The notes under the pieces are model-generated. The model saw nothing but the letters and a program-made list of their open reading frames with translations. It ran no database searches and was not told the origin of the DNA. From an uncultured Clostridia bacterium (GTDB lineage: Bacteria > Bacillota > Clostridia > Christensenellales > CAG-138), in NCBI GenBank assembly GCA_946631895.1, contig CAMPAN010000004.1, forward strand, positions 1 to 49,687: 49,687 nucleotides of DNA, given 5' to 3'. Of the stretch, positions 9,619 through 19,116 are shown piece by piece (position 1 is the stretch's first letter; each line of letters opens with the position of its first letter). The position numbers and the translations under genes are program-made.

Positions 9619-9634
9619 TGTTTCACGTGAAACA
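9619..9634. promoter_or_regulatory. parS: parS site, perfect palindrome
   Basis: TGTTTCACGTGAAACA. Confidence 0.95.
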
Positions 9635-9635
9635 T

Positions 9636-9661
9636 AAAAAGAGCCGCATCGCTGCGGCTCT
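9636..9661 (-). terminator. Intrinsic terminator of the glg operon
   Basis: AGAGCCGCA-loop-TGCGGCTCT followed by TTTTT on the minus strand. Confidence 0.8.
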
Positions 9662-9675
9662 CCGGATCAATACCG

Positions 9676-11268
9676 TTATTCGGATTTCTTAGGTTTTGCA
9701 GCTGCAGGTTTCGCAGCAGCGGGTTTCTTGGCAGCCGACTTCTTTGCCGCGGCCTTCTTGCCTGCCGCGGCAGCTTCCGCAGGCTTCGCGACACGCGGCG
9801 TACGCTTCCGTACCGGCTTCGGCTCCTCGTCCGGCAAACCGAGCAGGTTGCGGTATAGCTCCATGTACTTACGCGCGGAGACCGCCCAGGAGAAGTCAGT
9901 CTTCATAGCGCGCTTGACAAGGCGCTTCCACATCTCACGGTCGTCATACCAGTAGCCGACGGCATGTTCGAGAACGTGCAGCATGTCGTGCGCATTGTAA
10001 TCGTGGAAGCTGAAGCCGTTTCCGTCGTCGGTATACCAGTTATACGGAAGGACGCTGTCTCTCAGACCGCCGGTCTCGCGGACAAGCGGGATGGAACCGT
10101 AGCGCATCGCGATCATCTGACTGAGTCCGCACGGTTCGAACTGCGACGGCATCAGATAGATGTCGCTTGCGGCATATACGCGGCGTGCGATCTGCTCGTC
10201 GTGACGGAGGCAACATACGAATCTGCCGGGGAACCTGTACTGCGCATCGCGGAACGCATCCTCGAAATACTTGTCGCCCGTTCCGACGATCACCATCTGT
10301 ACGTCCATGCGCATAATGTCGTTCAGAACGCAGGTGACGAGATCCAGACCCTTCTGCGCGGTCAGCCGCGTGACCATCGCAATCAGCGGTACATCGCGCT
10401 TCTGCAAGCCAAGCTCCTCCTGCAGCGCCGCCTTGTCGAGCTTCTTGCCGGACGGATCCGTTGCGTTATAGTGAACGGGAATATGCATATCTGTACTCGG
10501 ATCGAACGATATTCCGTCTATTCCGTTCAGGATTCCGTACAATACATTCTGTCTTGCGCGCAGGAGACCGTCGAGCCGTTCACCGTAGTACCCGGTGCGG
10601 ATCTCCTCGGCATAGGTCGGGCTGACCGTCGTGATGCGGTTCGCGAACACGAGACCTGCCTTCATAAACGACAGCAGTCCGTAGAACTCGAGGTTGTTCG
10701 GAGAGAAATATCCCTCGTTGAGACCCAGCACGCTGTTGATGCGGTGCCAATCGAAGATGCCCTGGAATTTCAGGTTGTGGATCGTGAACACGGTATGCAC
10801 GTCGCGGTAGCCGTCAAGCGTGCGGTACTGATCGTTCAGAAGCACGGGGATGAGACCGGTCTGCCAATCGTTGCAGTGGATCACATCCGGATAGTAGTTC
10901 ATGTGCTTGAAGGATTCGAGCACGGCGCGGCAGAAGAACGCAAAGCGGAAGCCCTCCTGCTCGTCGCCGGTGTAGATCTTCTCTCCCCCGAACATCGCAA
11001 GATTGTCGACGAAATAGAACTTGACGCCGTCCTGCTCGAGCATGTCGATGCCGCAAAACACGGAATAGCTTCCGAGCTGCAGATTGAAATGACAGATGTG
11101 CTGCATCTTCAGGATGTAGTAATCGCCGATCTGCGTATACTTCGGCAGCATGACCGCAACCTCGGCGCCCTGCCGCACAAGCTCTTTCGGAAGCGAGCCG
11201 ACGACATCGGCAAGTCCGCCGGTCTTGATGTACGGGAAGCACTCGCTTGCCGCAAACAGAATTTTCAT
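9676..11268 (-). CDS. glgA: Glycogen synthase with an Ala/Lys/Pro-rich C-terminal tail
   Basis: KTGGLADV, HCNDWQT, TIHNLKFQG, PSQFEPCGLSQM; about 52 extra C-terminal residues. Confidence 0.96.
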   Translation of the reverse strand: MKILFAASECFPYIKTGGLADVVGSLPKELVRQGAEVAVMLPKYTQIGDYYILKMQHICHFNLQLGSYSVFCGIDMLEQDGVKFYFVDNLAMFGGEKIYTGDEQEGFRFAFFCRAVLESFKHMNYYPDVIHCNDWQTGLIPVLLNDQYRTLDGYRDVHTVFTIHNLKFQGIFDWHRINSVLGLNEGYFSPNNLEFYGLLSFMKAGLVFANRITTVSPTYAEEIRTGYYGERLDGLLRARQNVLYGILNGIDGISFDPSTDMHIPVHYNATDPSGKKLDKAALQEELGLQKRDVPLIAMVTRLTAQKGLDLVTCVLNDIMRMDVQMVIVGTGDKYFEDAFRDAQYRFPGRFVCCLRHDEQIARRVYAASDIYLMPSQFEPCGLSQMIAMRYGSIPLVRETGGLRDSVLPYNWYTDDGNGFSFHDYNAHDMLHVLEHAVGYWYDDREMWKRLVKRAMKTDFSWAVSARKYMELYRNLLGLPDEEPKPVRKRTPRVAKPAEAAAAGKKAAAKKSAAKKPAAAKPAAAKPKKSE

Positions 11269-11290
11269 GATGATTCTCCTTTCGATGTGC

Positions 11291-12424
11291 TCACACGGTC
11301 AGGTTCTTGCGGAAGACGAGCGGTATGCCCTCATAGCCCGTAAGCTGTCTTCCCGCGTTGATGACGACGTTCTTGTCGAGAATGACGTGGTCGAGCATCG
11401 CGCCTGCGCGTACGGTCACGCCCTGCATCAGGATCGAGTTTCTCACGACCGCGCCGGCTTCCACCGTGACGCCGCGGAACACGATCGAATTCTCGACCGT
11501 ACCGTCGATCACGCAGCCGTCCGCCATCATGACGTTATGCACGCTTGCGTTCTCGCCGTATTTTGCGGCGAATTCGTCCTTGACCTTCGTATAGATCGGA
11601 TGCCGCATGTTATAGAGATCCTTTGCGGCGGCCGCGTTCAGAAGCTCCATGCTGTGCATAAAGTAGGTGTTGATCGAGTCGATCCGCGCCACATAGCCGT
11701 CGTACCGCCAGCCCATGACCTTGAACTTCTTGTCCCGTGCAAGCGGCAGCAGCACCTCGCGGACGAAATCGATGTTTCCGCGCGAATAGGCTTCCTCGAC
11801 CAGATCGTCGAAGAGGTCCTTGTCCATGATGGTCGCTTCGCAGCTGCGGAAATTGGAACGCGGATGATGCGGATTCCACTCCAGCTCCTTGACCGTGACG
11901 CCGTCGTCCTCGAACAGCAGCCGGAGATCGCGGTTCTGCTCTTGGGGGAAGAAGCGCGGATCCTCGTTGTACATGAAGGTGATGTCTGCGCCGCTCTCCC
12001 GGTGCTGTTTGATCAGCGCGTTGAACGTGGTGTTGAACAGGATATGGCTGCCGCACAGGATCAGATATTTCTGGTTGGAACGGCGCACATACTGCATGAC
12101 GGAATGGAACGCGTCGATGTCGCCGCGGTAAACGCCCGTGTTGTCCTTGGTGGAAAACGGCGGGAGAAAGAACAGACCGTCGCGCTTGCGGTTCAGGTCC
12201 CATTCCTTGCCGGTGCCGAGATGGTCCATCAGCGAATGGTAGTTCCTCTGCGTGATCAGGCCGATGTTGCGGATGCCGGAGTTCACGAGATTGGAAAGCG
12301 GAAAGTCGATGCAGCGATAGCGCCCGCCGAACGGGACCGCCGCGACCGCGCGCGAGATGACGAGATCGCGCATATAGGGATTGGCTTCCCCGGTAAAGAT
12401 CAGACCGAATGCCTCCTGATTCAT
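11291..12424 (-). CDS. glgD: Glucose-1-phosphate adenylyltransferase subunit GlgD
   Basis: Degenerate N-terminus, [30 protein letters not shown]; follows glgC. Confidence 0.93.
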   Translation of the reverse strand: MNQEAFGLIFTGEANPYMRDLVISRAVAAVPFGGRYRCIDFPLSNLVNSGIRNIGLITQRNYHSLMDHLGTGKEWDLNRKRDGLFFLPPFSTKDNTGVYRGDIDAFHSVMQYVRRSNQKYLILCGSHILFNTTFNALIKQHRESGADITFMYNEDPRFFPQEQNRDLRLLFEDDGVTVKELEWNPHHPRSNFRSCEATIMDKDLFDDLVEEAYSRGNIDFVREVLLPLARDKKFKVMGWRYDGYVARIDSINTYFMHSMELLNAAAAKDLYNMRHPIYTKVKDEFAAKYGENASVHNVMMADGCVIDGTVENSIVFRGVTVEAGAVVRNSILMQGVTVRAGAMLDHVILDKNVVINAGRQLTGYEGIPLVFRKNLTV

Positions 12425-13662
12425 GCTTCCGCACCTCCGTTGATAAAGTGGTCGAGCGTTTCCGCGGTAACGACCGCGCCGCTCGGGATGACCGTTCCCG
12501 CCGGGACCTTCACGTCGATCCCGATCAGTGCGATATCGCCGGTGAGCCGGTTGTCGACCGTCTCGCCCTCTCTGAGCGGAACACCGATCTGCACATTGTC
12601 GCCGATGACCGCGTTCTCACCGATGATCGCTTTCTTCACACTGCAGTTATTGCCGATCACCGCGTTCGGGAAGATGACGGAATCGAGGACCTGCGCCTCG
12701 GATCCCACCTTTGCGCCGCAGAACAGTACGGTGTTCTGCACCGTTCCGCGCACCACGCAGCCCTCGGTCACAAGACTGTTCGTAATGCTCGCGTTCGCAT
12801 CGGTATAATGCGGCGGCATGACCGGGTTGCGCGTGTAGATGCGCCATGCGGGATCGTTGAGGTCCAGGATCGGATTTTTGCCCAGAAGATCCATGTTCGC
12901 CTCCCAGAGGCTCTGGATCGTTCCGACATCCTTCCAGTATCCCTCGAACGGATAGGCGACCATCTTTTCGCCTGCGTTCAGCATGCTCGGGATGATGTTC
13001 TTGCCGAAGTCGTTTTCGCTGGAAGGATCGTTGTCGTCGCGCTCCATATAGTCGCGCAGAAGCTTCCAGTTGAAGATGTAGATGCCCATCGAAGCGTTGT
13101 TGCTCTTCGGATTCTTCGGTTTTTCCTCGAACGAGACGATGTTGCCTTCCGCGTCGGTGTTCATGATGCCGAAGCGGTGCGCCTCCTCCATCGGAACCTT
13201 CAGAACCGCGATCGTCGCCGCGGCTTCATGCGCGACGTGATACTTCAGCATCTTCGTATAGTCCATCTTGTAGATATGATCGCCCGAAAGGATCAGCACA
13301 TAATCCGGGTCGTACTGATCGATGAATTCCCGGTTCTGCCAGATCGCATTTGCCGTGCCGCTGTACCAGCGTCCGCTCTTCTCCGTCATGTACGGAGGAA
13401 GCACGAACACGCCGCCGTTCGACCGGTCGAGATCCCAGTGCTGACCGGTGCCGAGGTAGGCGTTCAGTGCAAGCGGACGGTACTGCGTCAGAACGCCGAC
13501 CGTGTCGATATCGGAGTTGACGCAGTTAGAAAGCGGAAAGTCGATGATCCGGTACTTTCCGCCGAAGGGGACCGCCGGCTTCGCCATGTTGGAGGTCAGT
13601 ACGCCGAGACGGCTGCCCTGACCGCCGGCAAGCAGCATGCAGACGATTTTCTTTTTCATCAC
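12421..13662 (-). CDS. glgC: Glucose-1-phosphate adenylyltransferase GlgC
   Basis: [38 protein letters not shown]. Confidence 0.97.
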   Translation of the reverse strand: MMKKKIVCMLLAGGQGSRLGVLTSNMAKPAVPFGGKYRIIDFPLSNCVNSDIDTVGVLTQYRPLALNAYLGTGQHWDLDRSNGGVFVLPPYMTEKSGRWYSGTANAIWQNREFIDQYDPDYVLILSGDHIYKMDYTKMLKYHVAHEAAATIAVLKVPMEEAHRFGIMNTDAEGNIVSFEEKPKNPKSNNASMGIYIFNWKLLRDYMERDDNDPSSENDFGKNIIPSMLNAGEKMVAYPFEGYWKDVGTIQSLWEANMDLLGKNPILDLNDPAWRIYTRNPVMPPHYTDANASITNSLVTEGCVVRGTVQNTVLFCGAKVGSEAQVLDSVIFPNAVIGNNCSVKKAIIGENAVIGDNVQIGVPLREGETVDNRLTGDIALIGIDVKVPAGTVIPSGAVVTAETLDHFINGGAEA

Positions 13663-15545
13663 TTCTCTCCTTTCGGGGTGTTGGTTTTCGCAGGGGTAAA
13701 CTTGAAGAATACGGCGCCGTATGCGGGCAGCTTGACCTGCAGGCGGTGACGGAACTTATCAAACGGTTCTTCGACCGTTTTGACCGGTTCATTAAACGAC
13801 ATGCCGCCGCCGCCGAAGTACGGCGCGTCGGTTGAGAAGATCTCGGTATAGGTTCCTTCCTTTTCGCTGCCGAGGCAGTAATCGTCCCACGGGACGGGCG
13901 TGAAGTTGAATACGCACAGGATCGGGTTGCCGTCCGCATCCTTGCGGACGAACGCGGCGATCGAATGCACGGCGTCGTCCACCACGATCCAGTCGAATCC
14001 GTTCCAGTCGTCATCCATCTGATAGAACGCCGGGGTGCGGCGATAGAATTTGTTCATTTCCCGCACAAAGCACTGTATTTCCGCATGCTTCGGGTATTCG
14101 AGCAGCATCCAGTCGAGCGAATCGTCGAACCGCCATTCGATGAACTGACCGATCTCCATGCCCATGAACGTCAGTTTCTTGCCCGGATGCGCCATCTGAT
14201 AGGCGTACAGGAGACGCAGCTGCGCAAACTTCTGCCAGTAATCGCCCGGCATCTTGTTCAGCATGGACAGCTTGCCGTGCACGACCTCGTCGTGCGAGAA
14301 CGCGAGGATGTAGTGCTCGGAGAACGCATACATCAGGGAGAACGTCAGCTTGTCGTGATGCCATTTCCGGTAGAGCGAATCCATCTGCATGTAGCGCAGC
14401 ATGTCGTTCATCCAGCCCATGTTCCACTTATAGTCGAAGCCGAGGCTGTCGCCGTGCTTGTTCGTCACGCACGGGAACGCCGTGCTCTCCTCCGCGATGA
14501 GCATCTTGTTGCCGGGGATCTCCTTGACCGCCGCCGCAATCTTGTGGAACAGATTGATCGCGTCGAGGTTCTCCTTGCCGCCGTACTGGTTCGGCAGCCA
14601 TTCCCCGTCGTTACGACCGTAATCGAGGTAAAGCATGCAGCTCACCGCATCGACGCGGAGTCCGTCGATGTGGAACTCCTTGAGCCAGTAGCAGGCGTTG
14701 GACACGAGGAAGCTCTGCACCTGCGTGCGGCCGTAGTCAAACAGCAGCGTGCCCCACTGTTTCATGTCGGAGCGCCGCCAGTCCGGATGCTCATAGGTCG
14801 GCGTGCCGTCAAAGTACGCGAGTCCGTAGCTGTCACGCGTAAAGTGTGCCGGGACCCAGTCCATGATGACGCCGAGCCCCTTTTCGTGCGCGCGGTTGAC
14901 AAAGTACCGTAAATCATCCGGCGTGCCGTAGCGCGTCGTCGGCGCATAGTAGCCGGTGACCTGATAGCCCCAGCTCGGATTGAACGGATACGCCATCAGC
15001 GGCATGCACTCGATGTGCGTATAGCCCATGTCCGCCGCATAGTCGACAAGTTCCGTCGCAAGCTCCCGGTAGCCGAGTCCCTTGCGCCACGATCCCAGAT
15101 GCACCTCGTAGATGTTCATCGGTTCGTTGTGCCGCTTCGTGCACTTGTCGAGATACGCCTCGTCCGTCCACGGGAATTCGCCCGCTTCCCAGACCATCGA
15201 CGCCGTTCCCGCAGGCTCGCAGCGCTGTGCGTACGGATCCGCCTTCATTGTCACGTTTCCGTCCGGTCCCTGCACCGCGTATTTATAGAGCTGTCCTTCG
15301 TATGCGATGCCGATCAGAATCTCCCAGACACCGGTCGATCCGACGGGATGCATCTGATCCGCATTCGGGTTCCAACCGTTCCAGTCGCCTGCGACGCCGA
15401 CGCTTCTTGCGTTCGGCGCCCATACGGCAAAGCGCCAGACCTTTTCGCCGTTGTTTTCGACTTTGTGACAGCCGAGAGACCGATACGCGGTCTTTGTGGT
15501 GCCTTCGTTGAAATAATACAATTCTTCATCCGTCAAGTGCGACAT
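13659..15545 (-). CDS. glgB: 1,4-alpha-glucan branching enzyme
   Basis: [44 protein letters not shown]; start placed at ATG 15545 after GAGGTG. Confidence 0.96.
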   Translation of the reverse strand: MSHLTDEELYYFNEGTTKTAYRSLGCHKVENNGEKVWRFAVWAPNARSVGVAGDWNGWNPNADQMHPVGSTGVWEILIGIAYEGQLYKYAVQGPDGNVTMKADPYAQRCEPAGTASMVWEAGEFPWTDEAYLDKCTKRHNEPMNIYEVHLGSWRKGLGYRELATELVDYAADMGYTHIECMPLMAYPFNPSWGYQVTGYYAPTTRYGTPDDLRYFVNRAHEKGLGVIMDWVPAHFTRDSYGLAYFDGTPTYEHPDWRRSDMKQWGTLLFDYGRTQVQSFLVSNACYWLKEFHIDGLRVDAVSCMLYLDYGRNDGEWLPNQYGGKENLDAINLFHKIAAAVKEIPGNKMLIAEESTAFPCVTNKHGDSLGFDYKWNMGWMNDMLRYMQMDSLYRKWHHDKLTFSLMYAFSEHYILAFSHDEVVHGKLSMLNKMPGDYWQKFAQLRLLYAYQMAHPGKKLTFMGMEIGQFIEWRFDDSLDWMLLEYPKHAEIQCFVREMNKFYRRTPAFYQMDDDWNGFDWIVVDDAVHSIAAFVRKDADGNPILCVFNFTPVPWDDYCLGSEKEGTYTEIFSTDAPYFGGGGMSFNEPVKTVEEPFDKFRHRLQVKLPAYGAVFFKFTPAKTNTPKGEK

Positions 15546-15746
15546 GTTTATCACCTCGTCTCCGGGTTTTGGGGATCATTCCCGCGCCCTATATTTATAC
15601 GTATATATCATATCATATTTGTACGCGGATGGAAAGTGTTTCCACCCATGAATTTATTGTAAAACCGTGAAAAGTTTTCCGAAACCGTTTCCTTTTTTCA
15701 TTCCGGTATGGTATACTGCAACAAAACAGGGGAAGGAGGAACCGCC

Positions 15747-16919
15747 GTGAAGGATCGCCGAAAGAACCGGATTCTGTTGTCAGTCTTTACGCTTTTGCTT
15801 GCCGCGCTTGCCGCTGCGCTTCCGCTGTTCTTCACGCGTGAAACGCCGAAGCTGTCCTTTTCGGAACCGCGCACCGTCATCACGGCGACCCCGAGATCCG
15901 AGGAATCCTCCGTGCGTCTGCGCACGCCCGCGCCGTCTCCCACGCAGGCTGTCGTCACGCCGCGTCCCGTCTATCCCAAAAAGGCCGTCAATCTTCTGGT
16001 CAACGGGGCTCCGCTCTTTGCGGTCGCCGACCGCGAAACCGCCGAGCAGCTCGTCTATATGTATCTCGACGAATGCGCGCACGAAAACCTGGACGAAAGC
16101 ACCTTCCTTCTGACCGCGCAGATCGACGCGGAGCTTGCCACCGTTCCGGCGGACGGATCCGCGGAATTCATCGAATTCGACGTCGCGATCAACAAGCTGC
16201 GCAAAAACCGCTCGCTGATCCCCGTACGCAGGACCGTCGAACGCATCACGATACAGTCCGAAACGCCCGCGCCGGAAAGCGAACGGACCGCGCTGCTGCC
16301 GGAAGGCTCGCGTCTGCTCCGCCGCTGCGGCGTCGACGCGCGCTCGCTCGTTTATACCGAAACGCTCTTCAAGGACGGGCTCGCGATCTCCGAAACGGAA
16401 ACGCTCAACACCCCCGTGCTCGCGGGCATCCCGCGTTCGGTCCTGGTCGGGACCTACAGCCGTCCCGCCGATCCCCAAACGGACGGCGAGCTCATTGTCG
16501 ACGAAGGAAAGTCCGGACCGCTTTCCTCCGTGCTGACCTTTATTCACCCGGTCCCGGACGGCGAGCTCGCCGGCTGCTTCGGGCTTGCAACCGGCAAGAT
16601 GCGCTACGGCGTCGATTTCTCCGCGCCGTGCGGCACGCGCGTGCTTGCGCCGGAATCCGGCACCGTCATTTTCCTCGGAGACCGTCCCGGCTACGGCTAT
16701 GTCATTGAAATCCGCCATGAAGAAGGGTTCGTTTCGCGTCTCTCCTTCGGTGCGGACGCAAATATCTATGAGCTTGTGCTCGGTCTGCACGTCGAAAAGG
16801 GCGCTCCGATTGCGCAGATCCCGCAGCTCGTCGAAGGCGAAACAGTATCGACCGTGCATTACGAGCTCATTATCGACGGCATCCCCTATAACCCGCTGTT
16901 CTACCTGCCGGAGGAATAA
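15747..16919 (+). CDS. Membrane-anchored M23/LytM-family protein (G5-like segment) with a degenerate Zn site
   Basis: GTG start after GGAGG; N-terminal TM helix; C-terminal YGVDFSAPCGTRVLAPESGTV..GYGYVIEIRH..VHYELIIDGIPYNP. Confidence 0.8.
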   Translation: MKDRRKNRILLSVFTLLLAALAAALPLFFTRETPKLSFSEPRTVITATPRSEESSVRLRTPAPSPTQAVVTPRPVYPKKAVNLLVNGAPLFAVADRETAEQLVYMYLDECAHENLDESTFLLTAQIDAELATVPADGSAEFIEFDVAINKLRKNRSLIPVRRTVERITIQSETPAPESERTALLPEGSRLLRRCGVDARSLVYTETLFKDGLAISETETLNTPVLAGIPRSVLVGTYSRPADPQTDGELIVDEGKSGPLSSVLTFIHPVPDGELAGCFGLATGKMRYGVDFSAPCGTRVLAPESGTVIFLGDRPGYGYVIEIRHEEGFVSRLSFGADANIYELVLGLHVEKGAPIAQIPQLVEGETVSTVHYELIIDGIPYNPLFYLPEE

Positions 16920-16932
16920 GCCCGAATATCAT

Positions 16933-16973
16933 ACAGGACGCGCGCAAACCGTCTGCACGCGTCCTGTTTTTTT
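16933..16973. terminator. Terminator hairpin between convergent genes
   Basis: ACAGGACGCG...CGCGTCCTGT followed by TTTTTT. Confidence 0.75.
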
Positions 16974-16982
16974 CCGATTCCG

Positions 16983-18143
16983 TTAAGCCGTCCGCTTTCC
17001 TTTCCGCACGCCGAGCCAGACGATCAGTACGCCTGCCGCAACAAGCGCTTCGCATACAACGAGCGTCGGTCCGACGCCGAGTTTTTCAAGCGAGATCCCG
17101 CCGAGCAGCATGCTGATCACGCCCGCCGCAAGTCCCGCTTCGGTCAGCAGCATCTGCCCCTTGACGCGATCCGCCTCCGAAACGACGTCGTTCGCATAAT
17201 AGGACGCCGCAGGCACGAAGATCGCGTAACACAGCATCTGCAGCGCGGACGAAACATACGCCGCCCACGCGCCGAGCGGCAGATACGCCGCAAGCAGCAA
17301 AAGTCCCGTCTTCAGAAGATACACCGACGCGCTCGCAACGAGCAGCACGCGATCCGGGATCCGTTTGCGGATATGCGAATACGCCATCATTGCGGGAAAC
17401 TCCACAATCGCGGCGATCGCGATCATCACGCTCATGTCTCCGCCGGTGACCTTAGTGATGCTTGCAAGATAGGCGTTCAACACCATATGCGGCACCACTA
17501 AAACGAGATTCCCGATGCAGAACAGCACAAACGCCGGATACCGCCGGAACAGTCCGAAAAAGTCTCCGCCCGTTTCCCGCACCCGGATGCCGCTCCGGTG
17601 CGGCGCAAAGAACAGCGCGATCAGAAACAGCCCCGCCTGCACGGCGATGAATACCCAGAGCATCGCCTCCGCGCGCCGGTTTGCCAGTACGCCGAACAGC
17701 AGCGACGCCAGCGCATAGACGATGCTTGCCGCGCCGCGCGCAAAGGAGTAATCCAGCTCCATGCCGCGGTTGATGTAGTGAAACCCGACCGCGTTGACAA
17801 GCGGCTGCACCGTCAGCGTCACGCTCGAGAGCGCGCCGAGCAGCACCGCAAATACGACGAGCGAACGCGTCGTAAACAGCGCGCAGACCGCAAACCCGGC
17901 GGCAAGCAGCGTGCATGCGACGATCGCCGTGCGCAGCGTCACACGGCGTTCCCGGTCCGCGGCGGCGGCAAGCGCCGGCTGCAGGAGCATGGCGGACAGG
18001 TACGCCGCGGCAAGGATCGCGCCGATCGCGCCGGTTTTGAATCCGTACGAAAGCAGCAGCCGCTCCGTATAGGAATATACCAGACACGCGCCGAACCAGT
18101 AACACGCCTGCATGCATGAAAATTTGAATGTTCGCAGCTTCAT
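16983..18143 (-). CDS. MFS transporter (MFS_1-like, sugar/phenylpropionate permease type)
   Basis: About 12 hydrophobic segments; motifs AADRERR, YSFARGAASIVYA, VEFPAM. Confidence 0.85.
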   Translation of the reverse strand: MKLRTFKFSCMQACYWFGACLVYSYTERLLLSYGFKTGAIGAILAAAYLSAMLLQPALAAAADRERRVTLRTAIVACTLLAAGFAVCALFTTRSLVVFAVLLGALSSVTLTVQPLVNAVGFHYINRGMELDYSFARGAASIVYALASLLFGVLANRRAEAMLWVFIAVQAGLFLIALFFAPHRSGIRVRETGGDFFGLFRRYPAFVLFCIGNLVLVVPHMVLNAYLASITKVTGGDMSVMIAIAAIVEFPAMMAYSHIRKRIPDRVLLVASASVYLLKTGLLLLAAYLPLGAWAAYVSSALQMLCYAIFVPAASYYANDVVSEADRVKGQMLLTEAGLAAGVISMLLGGISLEKLGVGPTLVVCEALVAAGVLIVWLGVRKGKRTA

Positions 18144-18186
18144 GCGCCGATCATATCACATTTATAAAAATCCTGCAATCCGACCG

Positions 18187-18216
18187 GTATACATTTTTTC
18201 ACCCGTGTCCATACTA
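18187..18216 (+). promoter_or_regulatory. Forespore sigma-F/sigma-G-type promoter
   Basis: GTATA-N18-CATACTA (equivalently GTATA-N15-GTCCATACTA) upstream of the SpoIIQ-like gene. Confidence 0.6.
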
Positions 18217-18233
18217 CAGCCGAGGTGATAAAC

Positions 18234-18980
18234 ATGGAAGAAATGAAAAACGATCGCATGGAACGGCTTCGCCTGTTTCTCAGGAACAACGGATTTTACA
18301 TTGCGCTGGTCGTGTGTCTCGTCGTGATCGGCGGCGCGATCCTGCTGCTTGCGCTCGACCGGGAGCCGGAGGCGGAAGCGGAGCGGAAAGAGGACGCCGA
18401 TCAGATCGTGATCGTCGGTCAATCGGAGGACGAACGCCTGCCCGGCATCTTTCACGCGCCGACCGTGAAGCCCGTCGCCGCAGCGACGCCGGTCCCGACG
18501 GCGATCCCGCTGCCGACGCCTGCGCCGACCGCCGTGCCGGAACCCACCGCAAAGCCCGCAAGCGCACCGAGCAAAGCGGCGCCGCCCGTACAGGGCGAGA
18601 TCGTGTTCGGCTTCGCCGTCGATAAGCTGCTCTATTCCGTGACGCTCGATCAATGGACGACGCATCCCGCCGTGGACATCAAAGCGGATGCGGGAACGCA
18701 GGTCAAGTGTGTCTTTGCCGGGACCGTCGAACGCGTCTATCAGGACGACGCGCTGGGCTATACCGTCGTGGTGCAGCACGCGAATGACCGTACTACGGTC
18801 TACGGCAACCTCGGCGAGAACGTGCGCGTGAAGGTCGGCGACCGGCTGAACGCGGGCGACGTCGTCGGAACCGTCGGCACGAGCGCGATCTCGGAATGCG
18901 CGCTGCCCGCGCACCTGCACTTTGCCGTCCTCGTCGACGGCAAGGCAAAGGACCCCGCAAAATATGTGCGTCTCGGCTGA
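18234..18980 (+). CDS. SpoIIQ-like M23 peptidase
   Basis: GFYIALVVCL TM segment, YSVTLDQWTTHPAVD, VYGNL, IGTVG-like, AHLHFAV..KDP; ATG 18234 after GAGGTG; forespore-type promoter. Confidence 0.8.
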   Translation: MEEMKNDRMERLRLFLRNNGFYIALVVCLVVIGGAILLLALDREPEAEAERKEDADQIVIVGQSEDERLPGIFHAPTVKPVAAATPVPTAIPLPTPAPTAVPEPTAKPASAPSKAAPPVQGEIVFGFAVDKLLYSVTLDQWTTHPAVDIKADAGTQVKCVFAGTVERVYQDDALGYTVVVQHANDRTTVYGNLGENVRVKVGDRLNAGDVVGTVGTSAISECALPAHLHFAVLVDGKAKDPAKYVRLG

Positions 18981-19001
18981 CCCTCCCGAAGCCGAAACGG
19001 T

Positions 19002-19035
19002 AAAAGCCGCACCCGGAAAACCGGATGCGGCTTTT
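19002..19035. terminator. Bidirectional terminator
   Basis: AAAAGCCGCA...TGCGGCTTTT between convergent genes. Confidence 0.75.
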
Positions 19036-19116
19036 GCTGCAGATTGTATTGTGTCAGGCGGACGTTCCTTTATCGCCGCCCGTGCGGCGCATCCGCATAT
19101 GCGCGCGAATGCCGCC

